From assembly GCF_009914755.1 (NCBI RefSeq), contig NC_060928.1: a stretch of 64,000 nt of DNA; one strand, written 5' to 3'. A model generated the notes under the pieces. The model was not told the DNA's origin, ran no database searches, and was given only the letters and a program-made list of their open reading frames with translations. Below, piece by piece: positions 47,401 to 62,275 of this stretch (the stretch's first letter is position 1; every line of letters begins with the position of its first letter). The translations under genes were made by a program, and so were the position numbers. Source of the DNA: the human T2T-CHM13v2.0 reference genome, Homo sapiens.

Positions 47401-48847
47401 ATTTTATGTACAGAATATAGTTTGAGTACTTTGATATTTTATGTACACTTTATCATAAAAGTTTGGGTACTTTCATATTTTACATACAGTATATAATACA
47501 TACTTTGGGCACTTTGATATTTTATGTACAGTATATAATACATACTTTGGGTTCTTTGATATGTTATGTACAGCATATAATACATAATTTGGGGACTTTT
47601 ATATTTTATGTACATTATATAATACATACTTTGGGTACTTTTATATTTTATGTACGGTATATAATACATACTTTGGGTACTTTGATATATTATGTACAGT
47701 ATATAATACATACTTTGGGTACTTTGATATATTATGTACAGTATATAATACATACTTAGGGTACTTTGACATTTTATGTACAGTACATAATACATACCTT
47801 GGGTACTTTGATATTTTATGTACAGTATATAATACATACTTTGGGTACTTTGATATTTTATGTACAGTATATAATACATGTTTTGGGTACTTTTATATTT
47901 TATGTACAGTATATAATATATAGTTTGGGTACTTTGATATTTTATGTACGGTATATAATACATACTTTGGGTACTTTGATATTTTATGTTCAGTATATAA
48001 TACATACTTTGGGTACTTTGATATTTTATGTACAGTATATAATACATACTTTGGGTACTTTGATATTTAATGTACAGTATATAATACACACTTTGCGTAC
48101 TTTGATATTTTATGTAAAGTATGTAATACATACTTTGGGTACTTTGATATTTTATGTACAGTATGTAATACACGCTTTGGGTACTTTGATATTTTATGTA
48201 GAGTATGTAAAACATACTTTGGGTAGTTTGGTATTTTATGATCAGTATATAATACATATTTTGGGTACTTTGATATTTTATGTACAGTATATAATACATA
48301 CTTTGGGTACTTTGATATTTTATGTACAGTATATAATGCATAATTTGGGTACTTCAATAGTTTATGCACAGTATATAATACATACTTTGGGTAATTTGAT
48401 ATTTTATGTACAGTATATAATGCATACTTTGGGTACTTTGATAGTTTATGTACAGTATACAATACATACTTTGGGTACTTTGATATTTTATGTACAGTAT
48501 ATAATATGTAGTTTGGGTACTTTGATATTTTAACTACAGTATATAATACATACTTTGGGTACTTGGATATTTTATCTACAGTATATAATAGATACTTTGG
48601 GTACTTTGATATATTATGTACAGTATATAATACATAGTTTGGTTACTTTGATATTTTTTGTACAGTATGTAAAACATACTTTGGGGAGTTTGATATTTTA
48701 TGAACAGTATATAATACACATTTTGGGTACTTTGATATTTTATGTACGGTATATAATACATACTTTGGGTACTTTGATATTTTATGTACAGTATATAATT
48801 CATACTTTGGGTACTTTGATATTTTATGTACAGTATATAATACATAC
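41451..48847. repeat. Direct tandem duplication of about 3.7 kb (41451-45114 and 45115-48820)
   Basis: Offsets 3664 (41849/45513, 42471/46135) then 3706 (43344/47050, 44849/48555), i.e. one extra 42-mer in the second copy. Confidence 0.88.
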
Positions 48848-51800
48848 ATTGGGTACTTCGATATTTTATGTGCAGTACCCTATATATAGTTTGGGTACTT
48901 TGATATTTTATGTCCAGTATAAAATAAATAGTTTTGGTACTTTGATATTTTATATACAGTATATAGTTTGAGTACTTTGATATTTAATGTTCAGTTTATT
49001 ATAAATGTTTGGGTGCTTTCATATTTTATATACAGTATATAATACATACTTTGGGCACTTTGATATTTTCTGTACAGTATATAATACATACTTTGGGTAC
49101 TTTGATATTTTATGTACGGTATATAATACATACATTGGGTACTTTGATATTTTATGTACAGTATATAATATATAGTTTGGTTACTTTGATATTTTATATA
49201 CAGTATATAATATATATTATGTGTACTTTGATATATTATGTACAGTATATAATATATAGTATGGGTTGTTTGATATTTTATGTACAGTATATAATATATA
49301 GTTTGGGTAGATTTATATTTTTAGTACAGTATGTAATATATAGTTTGTTTTATTTGATATTTTATGTACAGTATACAATATATAGTATTGGTACTTTGAT
49401 ATTTCATGTAAAGTATATAGTTTGAGTACTTTGATATTTTATATGCAGTTTATTATAAATGTTTGGGTACCTTCATATTTTATGTACAGTATATAATACA
49501 TACTTTGGGAACTTTTATTTTATGTGCAGTATATAATACATACTTTGGGTACTTTGATATTTCATGTACAGTATATAATACACACTTTGGGTACTTTGAT
49601 ATTTTATGTACAGTATATAATACACACTTTGGGTAGTTTGATATTTTATGTACAGTATATAATACATACTTTGGGTACTTTGATGTATTATGTACAGTAT
49701 ATAATACATACTTTGGGTACTTTGATATTTTATGTACAGTATATAATACATACTTTGGGTACTTTGATATTTTATGTACAGTATGTAATACACACTTTGG
49801 GTACTTTGATATTTTATGTACAGTATGTAAAACATACTTTGGGTAGTTTGATATATTATGTACAGTATATAATACATACTTTGGGTACTCTGATATTTTA
49901 TGTACAGTGTATAATACATACTTTGGGTACTTTGATATTTTATGTACAGTATATATTACATACTTTGGGTACTTTGATATTTTATGTACAGTATACAATA
50001 TATAGTTTGAGTACTTTGATATTTTATGTACTGTATAAAATATATAGTTTTGGTACTTTGATATTTTATGTACAGTATATAGTTTGAGTACTTTGATATT
50101 TTATGTACAGTTTGTTATAAATATTTTGGTGCTTTCATATTTTATGTACTGTATATAATACATGCTTTGGGCACTTTGATATTTTATGTACAGTATATAA
50201 TACATACTTTGGGTACTCTGATATTTTATGTACAGTGTATAATACATACTTTGGGTACTTTGATATTTTATGTACAGTATATAATACATACATTGGGTAC
50301 TTTGATATATTATGTACAGTATATAATACTTACTTGGGGTACTTTGATATTTTATGTACAGTATATAATACATAGTTTGTGTACTTTGATATTTTATGTA
50401 CAGTATGTAGTACACACTTTGGGTATTTTGATATTTTATGTACAGTATATAATACATACTTTGGGTATCTTGATATTTTATGTACAGTATATAATGCATA
50501 CTTTGCGTCCTTTGATATTTTATGTACAGTATATAATGCATACTTTGGGTACTTTGATATTTCATGTACAGTATGTAATACATACTTTGGGTACTTTGAT
50601 ATTTTATGTATAGTATATAATACATACTTTGTGTAGTTTGATATTTTATGTACAGTATACAATATATAGTTTGAGTACTTTGTTATTTTATGTGCAGTAT
50701 AAAATATATAGTTTTCGTAATTGATCTTTTATGTACAGAATATAGTTTGAGTACTTTGATATTTTATGTACACTTTATTATAAATGTTTGGGTCCTTTCA
50801 TATTTTATGTACAGTATATAATACATACTTTGGTCTCTTTGATGTTTTATGTACAGTATATAATACATAATTTGGGTTCTTTGATATTTTATGTACAGAA
50901 TATAATGCATAGTTTTAGGTACTTTTATATTTTATGTACAGTATATAATACATACTTTGGGTACTTTGATATTTTATGTACAGTATATAATACATACTTT
51001 GGGAACTTTGATATTTTATGTACAGTATGTAATACATACTTTGGGTACTTTGATATTTTATGTACAGTATATAATACATACTATTGGTACTTTGATATTT
51101 TATGTACAGTATACAATATATAGTTTGAGGACTTTGATATTTTATGTCCAGTATAAAATATATAGATTTCATACTTTGATATTTTATGTACTGAATGTAG
51201 TTTGAGTACTTTGATATTTTATGTACACTTTATTATAAAAGTTTGGGTACTTTCATATTTTACGTACAGTATATAATACATACTTTGGGCACTTTGATGT
51301 TTTATGTACAGTATATAATACATACTTTGGGTTCTTTGATAATTTATGTACAGCATATAATACATAATTTGGGGACTTTTATATTTTATGTACATTATAT
51401 TATACATACTTTGGGTACTTTTATATTTTATGTACGGTATATAATACACACTTTGGGTACTTTGATATATTATGTACAGTATATAATACATACTTTGGGT
51501 ACTTTGATATATTATGTACAGTATATAATACATACTAAGGGTACTTTGACATTTTATGTACAGTACATAATACATACTTTGGGTACTTTGATATTTTATG
51601 TACAGTATATAATGCATACTTTGAATACTTTGATATTTTATGTACAGTATATAATACATACTTTGGGTACTTTTATATTTTATGTACAGTATATAATATA
51701 TAGTTTGGGTACTTTGATATTTTATGTACGGTATATAATACATACTTTGGGTACTTTGATATTTTATGTACAGTATATAATACATACTTTGGGTACTCTG

Positions 51801-53550
51801 ATATTTTATGTACCGTATACAATATATAGTTTGAGTACTTTGATATTTTATGTACTGTATAAAATATATAGTTTTCGTACTTTGATATTTTATGTACAGT
51901 ATATAGTTTGAGTACTTTGATATTTTATGTACAGTTTTTTATAAATGTTTGGGTGCTTTCATATTTTATGTACAGTATATAATACATACAAAGGGCACTT
52001 TGTTATTTTATGTACAGTATATAATACATACTTTGGGTACTCTGATATTTTATGTACAGTGTATAATACATACTTTGGGTACTTTGATATTTTATGTACA
52101 ATATATAATACATACGTTGGGAACTTTGATATATTATGTACAGTATATAATACATACTTTGGGTACTTTGATATTTTATCTACAGTATACAACACATAGT
52201 TTGTGTACTTTGATATTTTATGTACAGTATATAATACATACTTTGGGTACTTTGATATTTTATGTACAGTATATAATACATACTTTGGGTACTTTCATAT
52301 TTTATGTACAGTATATAATACATAGTTTGGTTACTTTGATATTTTATCTACAGCTTATAATACATACTTTGGATACTTTGATACTTTATGTACAGTATAT
52401 AATACATACTTTGGGTACTTTGATATTTTATGTACAGTATACAATATATAGTTTGAGTACTTTGATATTTTATGTGCAGTATAAAATATATAGTTTTGGT
52501 ACTTTCATATTTTATGTACAGTATATAGTTTGAGTACTTTGATATTTTATGGACAGTTTTTTATAAATGGGTGCTTTCATATTTTAAGTACAGTATATAA
52601 TACATACTAAGGGCACTTTGATATTTTATGTACAGTATATAATACATACTTTGGGTACTTTGATATTTTATGTACATCATATAATATATAGTTTGGGTAC
52701 TTTGATATTTTATGTACAGTATATAATACATACCTTGGGTACTTTGATATTTTATGTACAGTACATAATATATAGTTTGGGTATTTTGATATTTTATGTA
52801 CAGTATATAATACATACTTTGGGTACTTTGATATTTTATGTACAGTATATAATACATACTTTGGGAACTTTGATATTTTATGTACAGTATGTAAAACATA
52901 CTTTGGGTACTTTGATATTTTATGTACAGTATATAATACATACTATTGGTACTTTGATATTTTATGTACATTATACAATATATAGTTTGAGTACTTTGAT
53001 ATTTTATGTCCAGTATAAAATATATAGATTTCGTACTTTGATATTTTATGTACAGAATATAGTTTGAGTACTTTCATATTTTATGTACACTTTATTATAA
53101 AAGTTTGGGTACTTTCATATTTTACGTACAGTATATAATACATACTTTGGGTACTTTTATATTTTATGTACGGTATATAATACATACTTTGGGTACTTTG
53201 ATATATTATGTACAGTATATAATACATACTTTGGGCACTTTGATGTTTTATGTACAGTATATAATACATACTTTGGGTTCTTTGATATGTTATTTACAGC
53301 ATATAGTACATAATTTGGGGACTTTTATATTTTATGTACATTATATAATACATACTTTGGGTACTTTTATATTTTATGTACAGTATATAATACATACTTT
53401 GGGTACTTTGATATATTATGTACAGTATATAATACATACTTAGGGTACTTTGACATTTTATGTACAGTACATAATACATTCTTTGGGTACTTTGATATTT
53501 TATGTACAGTATATAATACATACTTTGGGTACTTTGATATTTTATGTACA

Positions 53551-56067
53551 GTATATAATACATGTTTTGGGTACTTTTATATTTTATGTACAGTATATAA
53601 TATATAGTTTGGGTACTTTGATATTTTATGTACGGTATATAATACATACTTTGGGTACTTTGATATTTTATGTACAGTATATAATACATACTTTGGGTAC
53701 TTTGATAATTTATGTACGGTATATAATACATACTTTGGGTACTTTGATATTTAATGTACAGTATATAATACACACTTTGCGTACTTTGATATTTTATGTA
53801 AAGTATGTAATACATACTTTGGGTACTTTGATATTTTATGTACAGTATGTAATACACGCTTTGGGTACTTTGATATTTTATGTAGAGTATGTAAAACATA
53901 CTTTGGGTAGTTTGGTATTTTATGATCAGTATATAATACATATTTTGGGTACTTTGATATTTTATGTACAGTATATAATACATACTTTGGGTACTTTGAT
54001 ATTTTATGTACAGTATATAATGCATAATTTGGGTACTTCAATAGTTTATGCACAGTATATAATACATACTTTGGGTAATTTGATATTTTATGTACAGTAT
54101 ATAATGCATACTTTGGGTACTTTGATAGTTTATGTACAGTATACAATACATACTTTGGGTACTTTGATATTTTATGTACAGTATATAATATGTAGTTTGG
54201 GTACTTTGATATTTTAACTACAGTATATAATACATACTTTGGGTACTTGGATATTTTATCTACAGTATATAATAGATACTTTGGGTACTTTGATATATTA
54301 TGTACAGTATATAATACATAGTTTGGTTACTTTGATATTTTTTGTACAGTATGTAAAACATACTTTGGGGAGTTTGATATTTTATGAACAGTATATAATA
54401 CACATTTTGGGTACTTTGATATTTTATGTACGGTATATAATACATACTTTGGGTACTTTGATATTTTATGTACAGTATATAATTCATACTTTGGGTACTT
54501 TGATATTTTATGTACAGTATATAATACATACATTGGGTACTTCGATATTTTATGTGCAGTACCCTATATATAGTTTGGGTACTTTGATATTTTATGTCCA
54601 GTATAAAATAAATAGTTTTGGTACTTTGATATTTTATGTACAGTATATAGTTTGAGTACTTTGATATTTAATGTTCAGTTTATTATAAATGTTTGGGTGC
54701 TTTCATATTTTATATACAGTATATAATACATACTTTGGGCACTTTGATATTTTCTGTACAGTATATAATACATACTTTGGGTACTTTGATATTTTATGTA
54801 TGGTATATAATACATGTTTTGGGTACTTTTATATTTTATGTACAGTATATAATATATAGTTTGGGTACTTTGATATTTTATGTACGGTATATAATACATA
54901 CTTTGGGTACTTTGATATTTTATGTACAGTATATAATACATACTTTGGGTACTTTGATAATTTATGTACAGTATATAATACATACTTTGGGTACTTTGAT
55001 ATTTAATGTACAGTATATAATACACACTTTGCGTACTTTGATATTTTATGTAAAGTATGTAATACATACTTTGGGTACTTTGATATTTTATGTACAGTAT
55101 GTAATACACGCTTTGGGTACTTTGATATTTTATGTAGAGTATGTAAAACATACTTTGGGTAGTTTGGTATTTTATGATCAGTATATAATACATATTTTGG
55201 GTACTTTGATATTTTATGTACAGTATATAATACATACTTTGGGTACTTTGATATTTTATGTACAGTATATAATGCATAATTTGGGTACTTCAATAGTTTA
55301 TGCACAGTATATAATACATACTTTGGGTAATTTGATATTTTATGTACAGTATATAATGCATACTTTGGGTACTTTGATAGTTTATGTACAGTATACAATA
55401 CATACTTTGGGTACTTTGATATTTTATGTACAGTATATAATATGTAGTTTGGGTACTTTGATATTTTAACTACAGTATATAATACATACTTTGGGTACTT
55501 TGATATTTTATCTACAGTATATAATAGATACTTTGGGTACTTTGATATATTATGTACAGTATATAATACATAGTTTGGTTACTTTGATATTTTTTGTACA
55601 GTATGTAAAACATACTTTGGGGAGTTTGATATTTTATGAACAGTATATAATACACATTTTGGGTACTTTGATATTTTATGTACGGTATATAATACATACT
55701 TTGGGTACTTTGATATTTTATGTACAGTATATAATTCATACTTTGGGTACTTTGATATTTTATGTACAGTATATAATACATACATTGGGTACTTCGATAT
55801 TTTATGTGCAGTACCCTATATATAGTTTGGGTACTTTGATATTTTATGTCCAGTATAAAATAAATAGTTTTGGTACTTTGATATTTTATGTACAGTATAT
55901 AGTTTGAGTACTTTGATATTTAATGTTCAGTTTATTATAAATGTTTGGGTGCTTTCATATTTTATATACAGTATATAATACATACTTTGGGCACTTTGAT
56001 ATTTTCTGTACAGTATATAATACATACTTTGGGTACTTTGATATTTTATGTATGGTATATAATACAT
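53551..56067. repeat. Direct tandem duplication of 1252 bp (28x42+35+41)
   Basis: Offset 1252 (53751/55003, 54239/55491, 54693/55945). The junction tatggtatataatacatgttttgg at about 54800-54820 joins two otherwise separate variants. Confidence 0.92.
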
Positions 56068-56499
56068 ACAATGGGTACTTTGATATTTTATGTACAGTAT
56101 ATAATATATAGTTTGGTTACTTTGATATTTTATATACAGTATATAATATATATTATGTGTACTTTGATATATTATGTACAGTATATAATATATAGTATGG
56201 GTTGTTTGATATTTTATGTACAGTATATAATATATAGTTTGGGTAGTTTGATATTTTTAGTACAGTATGTAATATATAGTTTGTTTTATTTGATATTTTA
56301 TGTACAGTATACAATATATAGTATTGGTACTTTGATATTTCATGTAAAGTATATAGTTTGAGTACTTTGATATTTTATATGCAGTTTATTATAAATGTTT
56401 GGGTACCTTCATATTTTATGTACAGTATATAATACATACTTTGGGAACTTTTATTTTATGTGCAGTATATAATACATACTTTGGGTACTTTGATATTTC

Positions 56500-58109
56500 A
56501 TGTACAGTATATAATACACACTTTGGGTACTTTGATATTTTATGTACAGTATATAATACATACTTTGGGTACTTTGATGTATTATGTACAGTATATAATA
56601 CATACTTTGGGTACTTTGATATTTTATGTACAGTATATAATACATACTTTGGGTACTTTGATATTTTATGTACAGTATGTAATACATAATTTGGGTACTT
56701 TAATATTTTATGTGTAGTATATAATACATACTTTGGGTACTTAGATATTTTATGTACAGTATATAATACATACATTGGGTACTTTCATATTTCACGTACA
56801 GTATATAATATATAGTTTGGGTACTTTGGTATATTATGTACTGTATATAATACATACTTTGAGTACTTTGATATTTTATGTACAGTATATAATACATACT
56901 TTGAGTACTTTGATATTTTATGTACAGTATGTAATACATAATTTGGGTACTTTAATATTTTATGTATAGTATATAATACATACTTTGGGTACTTTGATAT
57001 TTTATGTACAGTATATAATATATACATTGGGTACTTTCATATTTCATGTACAGTATATAATATATAGTTTGGGTACTTTGGTATATTATGTACTGTATAT
57101 AATACATACTTTGAGTACTTTGATATTTTATGTACAGTATATAATATATAGTTTGGGTACTTTGATATTTTATATACAATATATAATATGTATTATGTGT
57201 ACTTTGATATATTCTGTGCAGTATATAATATATAGTTTGGGTTGTTTGATATTTTATGTACAGTATATAATATATTGTTTGGGTAGTTTGATATTTTAAG
57301 TACAGTATGTAATATATAGTTTGTGTTATTTGATATTTTATGTAATGTATACAATATATAGTACTGGTACTTTGATATTTCATGTAAAGTATATAGTTTG
57401 AGTACTTTGATATTTTATATACAGTTTATTATAAATGTTTGGGTACCTTCATATTTTATGTACAGTATATAATACATACTTTGGGAACTTTTATTTTATG
57501 TGCAGTATATAATACATACCTTGGGTACTTTGATATTTTATGTACAGGATATAATACACACTTTGGGTACTTTGATATTTTATGTACAGTATATAATACA
57601 CACTTTGGGTAGTTTGATATTTTATGTACAGTATATAATACATACTTTGGGTACTTTGATATTTTATGTACAGTATGTAATACATAATTTGGGTACTTTA
57701 ATATTTTATGTATAGTATATAATACATACTTTGGGTACTTTGATATTTTATGTACAGTATATAATACATACATTGGGTACTTTCATATTTCATGTACAGT
57801 ATATAATATATAGTTTGGGTACTTTGGTATATTATGTACTGTATATAATACATACTTTGAGTACTTTGATATTTTATGTACAGTATATAATACATACTTT
57901 GCGTACTTTGATATTTTATGTCCAGTATAGAATATATAGTTTTGGTAGTTTGATATTTTATGTACAGTATATAGTTTGAGTACTTTCACATTTTATGTAC
58001 AGTTTATTATAAATGTTTGGGTGTTTTCATATTTTATGTACTGTATATAATACATACATTGGGCACTTTGATATATTATGTACAGTATATAATACATACT
58101 TTGGGTACT
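56500..58109. repeat. Block E, copy 1 (copy 2 at 60666-62275)
   Basis: Offset 4166 (56700/60866, 57456/61622, 58013/62179). Shared rare variants include tatgtaatgtatac, attctgtgcag and gtactggtac. Confidence 0.92.
56653..57146. repeat. Local 252-bp (6-monomer) tandem duplication; also present at 60819-61312
   Basis: The variant series gtaatacataattt / tttaatat / cattgg+tttcatatttc / ttggtatattatgtactg / ttgag recurs at +252. Confidence 0.85.
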
Positions 58110-59963
58110 CTGATATTTTATGTACAGTATATAATACACACTTTGGGTACTTTGATATTTTATGTACAGGATATAATGCATACTTTGGGTACTTTGATTG
58201 TTTATGTACAGTATATAATACATAATTTGGGTACTTTGATATTTTATGTATAGTATAAAATATACAGTTTGGGTACTTTGATATTTTATGTACAGTATGT
58301 AAAACATACTTTGGGGAGTTTGATATTTTATGTACAGTATGTAAAACATAATTTGGGGAGTTTGATATTTTATGAACAGTATATAATACACATTTTGTGT
58401 ACTTTGGTATTTTATGTACAGTATATAATACATACTTTGGGTACTTTGATATTTTATGTACAGTATATAATACATACTTTGGGTACTTTGATATTTTATG
58501 TACAGTATACAATATATAGTTTGAGTACTTTGATATTTTATGTACTGTATAAAATATATAGTTTTGGTACTTTGATATTTTATGTACAGTATATAGTTTG
58601 AGTACTTTGATATTTTATGTACAGTTTGTTATAAATATTTGGGTGCTTTCATATTTTATGTACTGTATATAATACATGCTTTAGGCACTTTGATATTTTA
58701 TGTACAGTATATAATACATACTTTGGGTACTCTGATATTTTATGTACAGTGTATAATACATACTTTGGGTACTTTGATATTTTATGTACAGTATATAATA
58801 CATAAATTGGGTACTTTGATATATTATGTACAGTATATAATACTTACTTGGGGTACTTTGATATTTTATGTATAGTATATAATACATAGTTTGTGTACTT
58901 TGATATTTTATGTACAGTATATAATACATACTATTGGTACTTTGATATTTTATGTACAGTATACAATATATAGTTTGAGTACTTTGATATTTTATGTCCA
59001 GTATAAAATATATAGATTTCGTACTTTGATATTTTATGTACAGAATATAGTTTGAGTACTTTGATATTTTATGTACACTTTATTATAAAAGTTTGGGTAC
59101 TTTCATATTTTATGTACAGTATATAATACATACTTTGGGCACTTTGATGTTTTATGCACAGTATATAATACATACTTTGGGTACTTTTATATTTTATGTA
59201 CAGTATATAATACATAGTTTGGGTACTTTGATATTTAATATACAGTATATAATGCACACTTTGCGTACTTTGATATTTTATGTAAAGTATGTAATACATA
59301 CTTTGGGTAGTTTGATATTTTATGTACAGTATGTAATACACACTTTGGGTACTTTGATATTTTATGTACAGTATGTAAAACATACTTTGGGTAGTTTGAT
59401 ATATTATGATCAGTATATAATACACATTTTGGGTACTTTGATATTTTATGTACAGTGTATAATACATACTTTGGGTACTTTGATATTTTATGTACAGGAT
59501 ATAATGCATACTTTGGGTACTTTGATAGTTTATGTACAGTATATAATACTTACTTTGGGTACTTTGATATTTTATATATAGTATAAAATATATAGTTTGG
59601 GTAGTTTGATACTTTAAGTATAGTATATGATACATATTTTTAGTACTTAGATATTTTATCTACAGTGTATAATAAATACTATGGGTACTTTGATATATTA
59701 TGTACAATAGATAATACATGCTTTGGGTACTTTGGTATTTTATGTACAGTATATAATACATACTTTGGGTACTTTGATATTTTATGTACAGTATATAATA
59801 CATACATTGGGTGCTTTCATATTTCATGTACACTATATAATATATAGTTTGGGTACTTTGGTATATTATGTACTGTATATAATACATACTTTGAGTATTT
59901 TGATATTTTATGTACAGTATATAATACATACTTTGGGTACTTTGATATTTTATGTACAGTATA
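57667..59963. repeat. Block D, copy 2
   Basis: Colinear with 23947-26243 without net indel, but with visibly more substitutions than the block A or B pairs. Confidence 0.88.
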
Positions 59964-60459
59964 TAATGCATAATTTGGGTACTTCAATAGTTTATGCACA
60001 GTATATAATACATACTTTGGGTAATTTGATATTTTATGTACAGTATATAATGCATACTTTGGGTACTTTGATAGTTTATGTACAGTATACAATACATACT
60101 TTGGGTACTTTGATATTTTATGTACAGTATATAATATGTAGTTTGGGTACTTTGATATTTTAACTACAGTATATAATACATACTTTGGGTACTTTGATAT
60201 TTTATCTACAGTATATAACAGATACTTTGGGTACTTTGATATATTATGTACAGTATATAATACATAGTTTGGTTACTTTGATATTTTTTGTACAGTATGT
60301 AAAACATACTTTGGGGAGTTTGATATTTTATGAACAGTATATAATACACATTTTGGGTACTTTGATATTTTATGTACGGTATATAATACATACTTTGGGT
60401 ACTTTGATATTTTATGTACAGTATATAATTCATACTTTGGGTACTTTGATATTTTATGT

Positions 60460-60840
60460 ACAGTATATAATACATACTTTGGGTACTTTGATGTATTATG
60501 TACAGTATATAATACATACTTTGGGTACTTTGATATTTTATGTACAGTATATAATACATACTTTGGGTACTTTGATATTTTATGTACAGTATATAATACA
60601 TACTTTGGGTACTTTGATGTATTATGTACAGTATATAATACATACTTTGGGTACTTTGATATTTTATGTACAGTATATAATACACACTTTGGGTACTTTG
60701 ATATTTTATGTACAGTATATAATACATACTTTGGGTACTTTGATGTATTATGTACAGTATATAATACATACTTTGGGTACTTTGATATTTTATGTACAGT
60801 ATATAATACATACTTTGGGTACTTTGATATTTTATGTACA
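60460..60840. repeat. Local 126-bp (3-monomer) repeat, three copies
   Basis: The variant gatgtattatg starts at 60490, 60616 and 60742 (spacing 126, 126). Confidence 0.85.
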
Positions 60841-62275
60841 GTATGTAATACATAATTTGGGTACTTTAATATTTTATGTGTAGTATATAATACATACTTT
60901 GGGTACTTAGATATTTTATGTACAGTATATAATACATACATTGGGTACTTTCATATTTCATGTACAGTATATAATATATAGTTTGGGTACTTTGGTATAT
61001 TATGTACTGTATATAATACATACTTTGAGTACTTTGATATTTTATGTACAGTATATAATACATACTTTGAGTACTTTGATATTTTATGTACAGTATGTAA
61101 TACATAATTTGGGTACTTTAATATTTTATGTATAGTATATAATACATACTTTGGGTACTTTGATATTTTATGTACAGTATATAATATATACATTGGGTAC
61201 TTTCATATTTCATGTACAGTATATAATATATAGTTTGGGTACTTTGGTATATTATGTACTGTATATAATACATACTTTGAGTACTTTGATATTTTATGTA
61301 CAGTATATAATATATAGTTTGGGTACTTTGATATTTTATATACAATATATAATATGTATTATGTGTACTTTGATATATTCTGTGCAGTATATAATATATA
61401 GTTTGGGTTGTTTGATATTTTATGTACAGTATATAATATATTGTTTGGGTAGTTTGATATTTTAAGTACAGTATGTAATATATAGTTTGTGTTATTTGAT
61501 ATTTTATGTAATGTATACAATATATAGTACTGGTACTTTGATATTTCATGTAAAGTATATAGTTTGAGTACTTTGATATTTTATATACAGTTTATTATAA
61601 ATGTTTGGGTACCTTCATATTTTATGTACAGTATATAATACATACTTTGGGAACTTTTATTTTATGTGCAGTATATAATACATACCTTGGGTACTTTGAT
61701 ATTTTATGTACAGGATATAATACACACTTTGGGTACTTTGATATTTTATGTACAGTATATAATACACACTTTGGGTAGTTTGATATTTTATGTACAGTAT
61801 ATAATACATACTTTGGGTACTTTGATATTTTATGTACAGTATGTAATACATAATTTGGGTACTTTAATATTTTATGTATAGTATATAATACATACTTTGG
61901 GTACTTTGATATTTTATGTACAGTATATAATACATACATTGGGTACTTTCATATTTCATGTACAGTATATAATATATAGTTTGGGTACTTTGGTATATTA
62001 TGTACTGTATATAATACATACTTTGAGTACTTTGATATTTTATGTACAGTATATAATACATACTTTGCGTACTTTGATATTTTATGTCCAGTATAGAATA
62101 TATAGTTTTGGTAGTTTGATATTTTATGTACAGTATATAGTTTGAGTACTTTCACATTTTATGTACAGTTTATTATAAATGTTTGGGTGTTTTCATATTT
62201 TATGTACTGTATATAATACATACATTGGGCACTTTGATATATTATGTACAGTATATAATACATACTTTGGGTACT
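60666..62275. repeat. Block E, copy 2
   Basis: Near-identical to 56500-58109. Confidence 0.92.
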
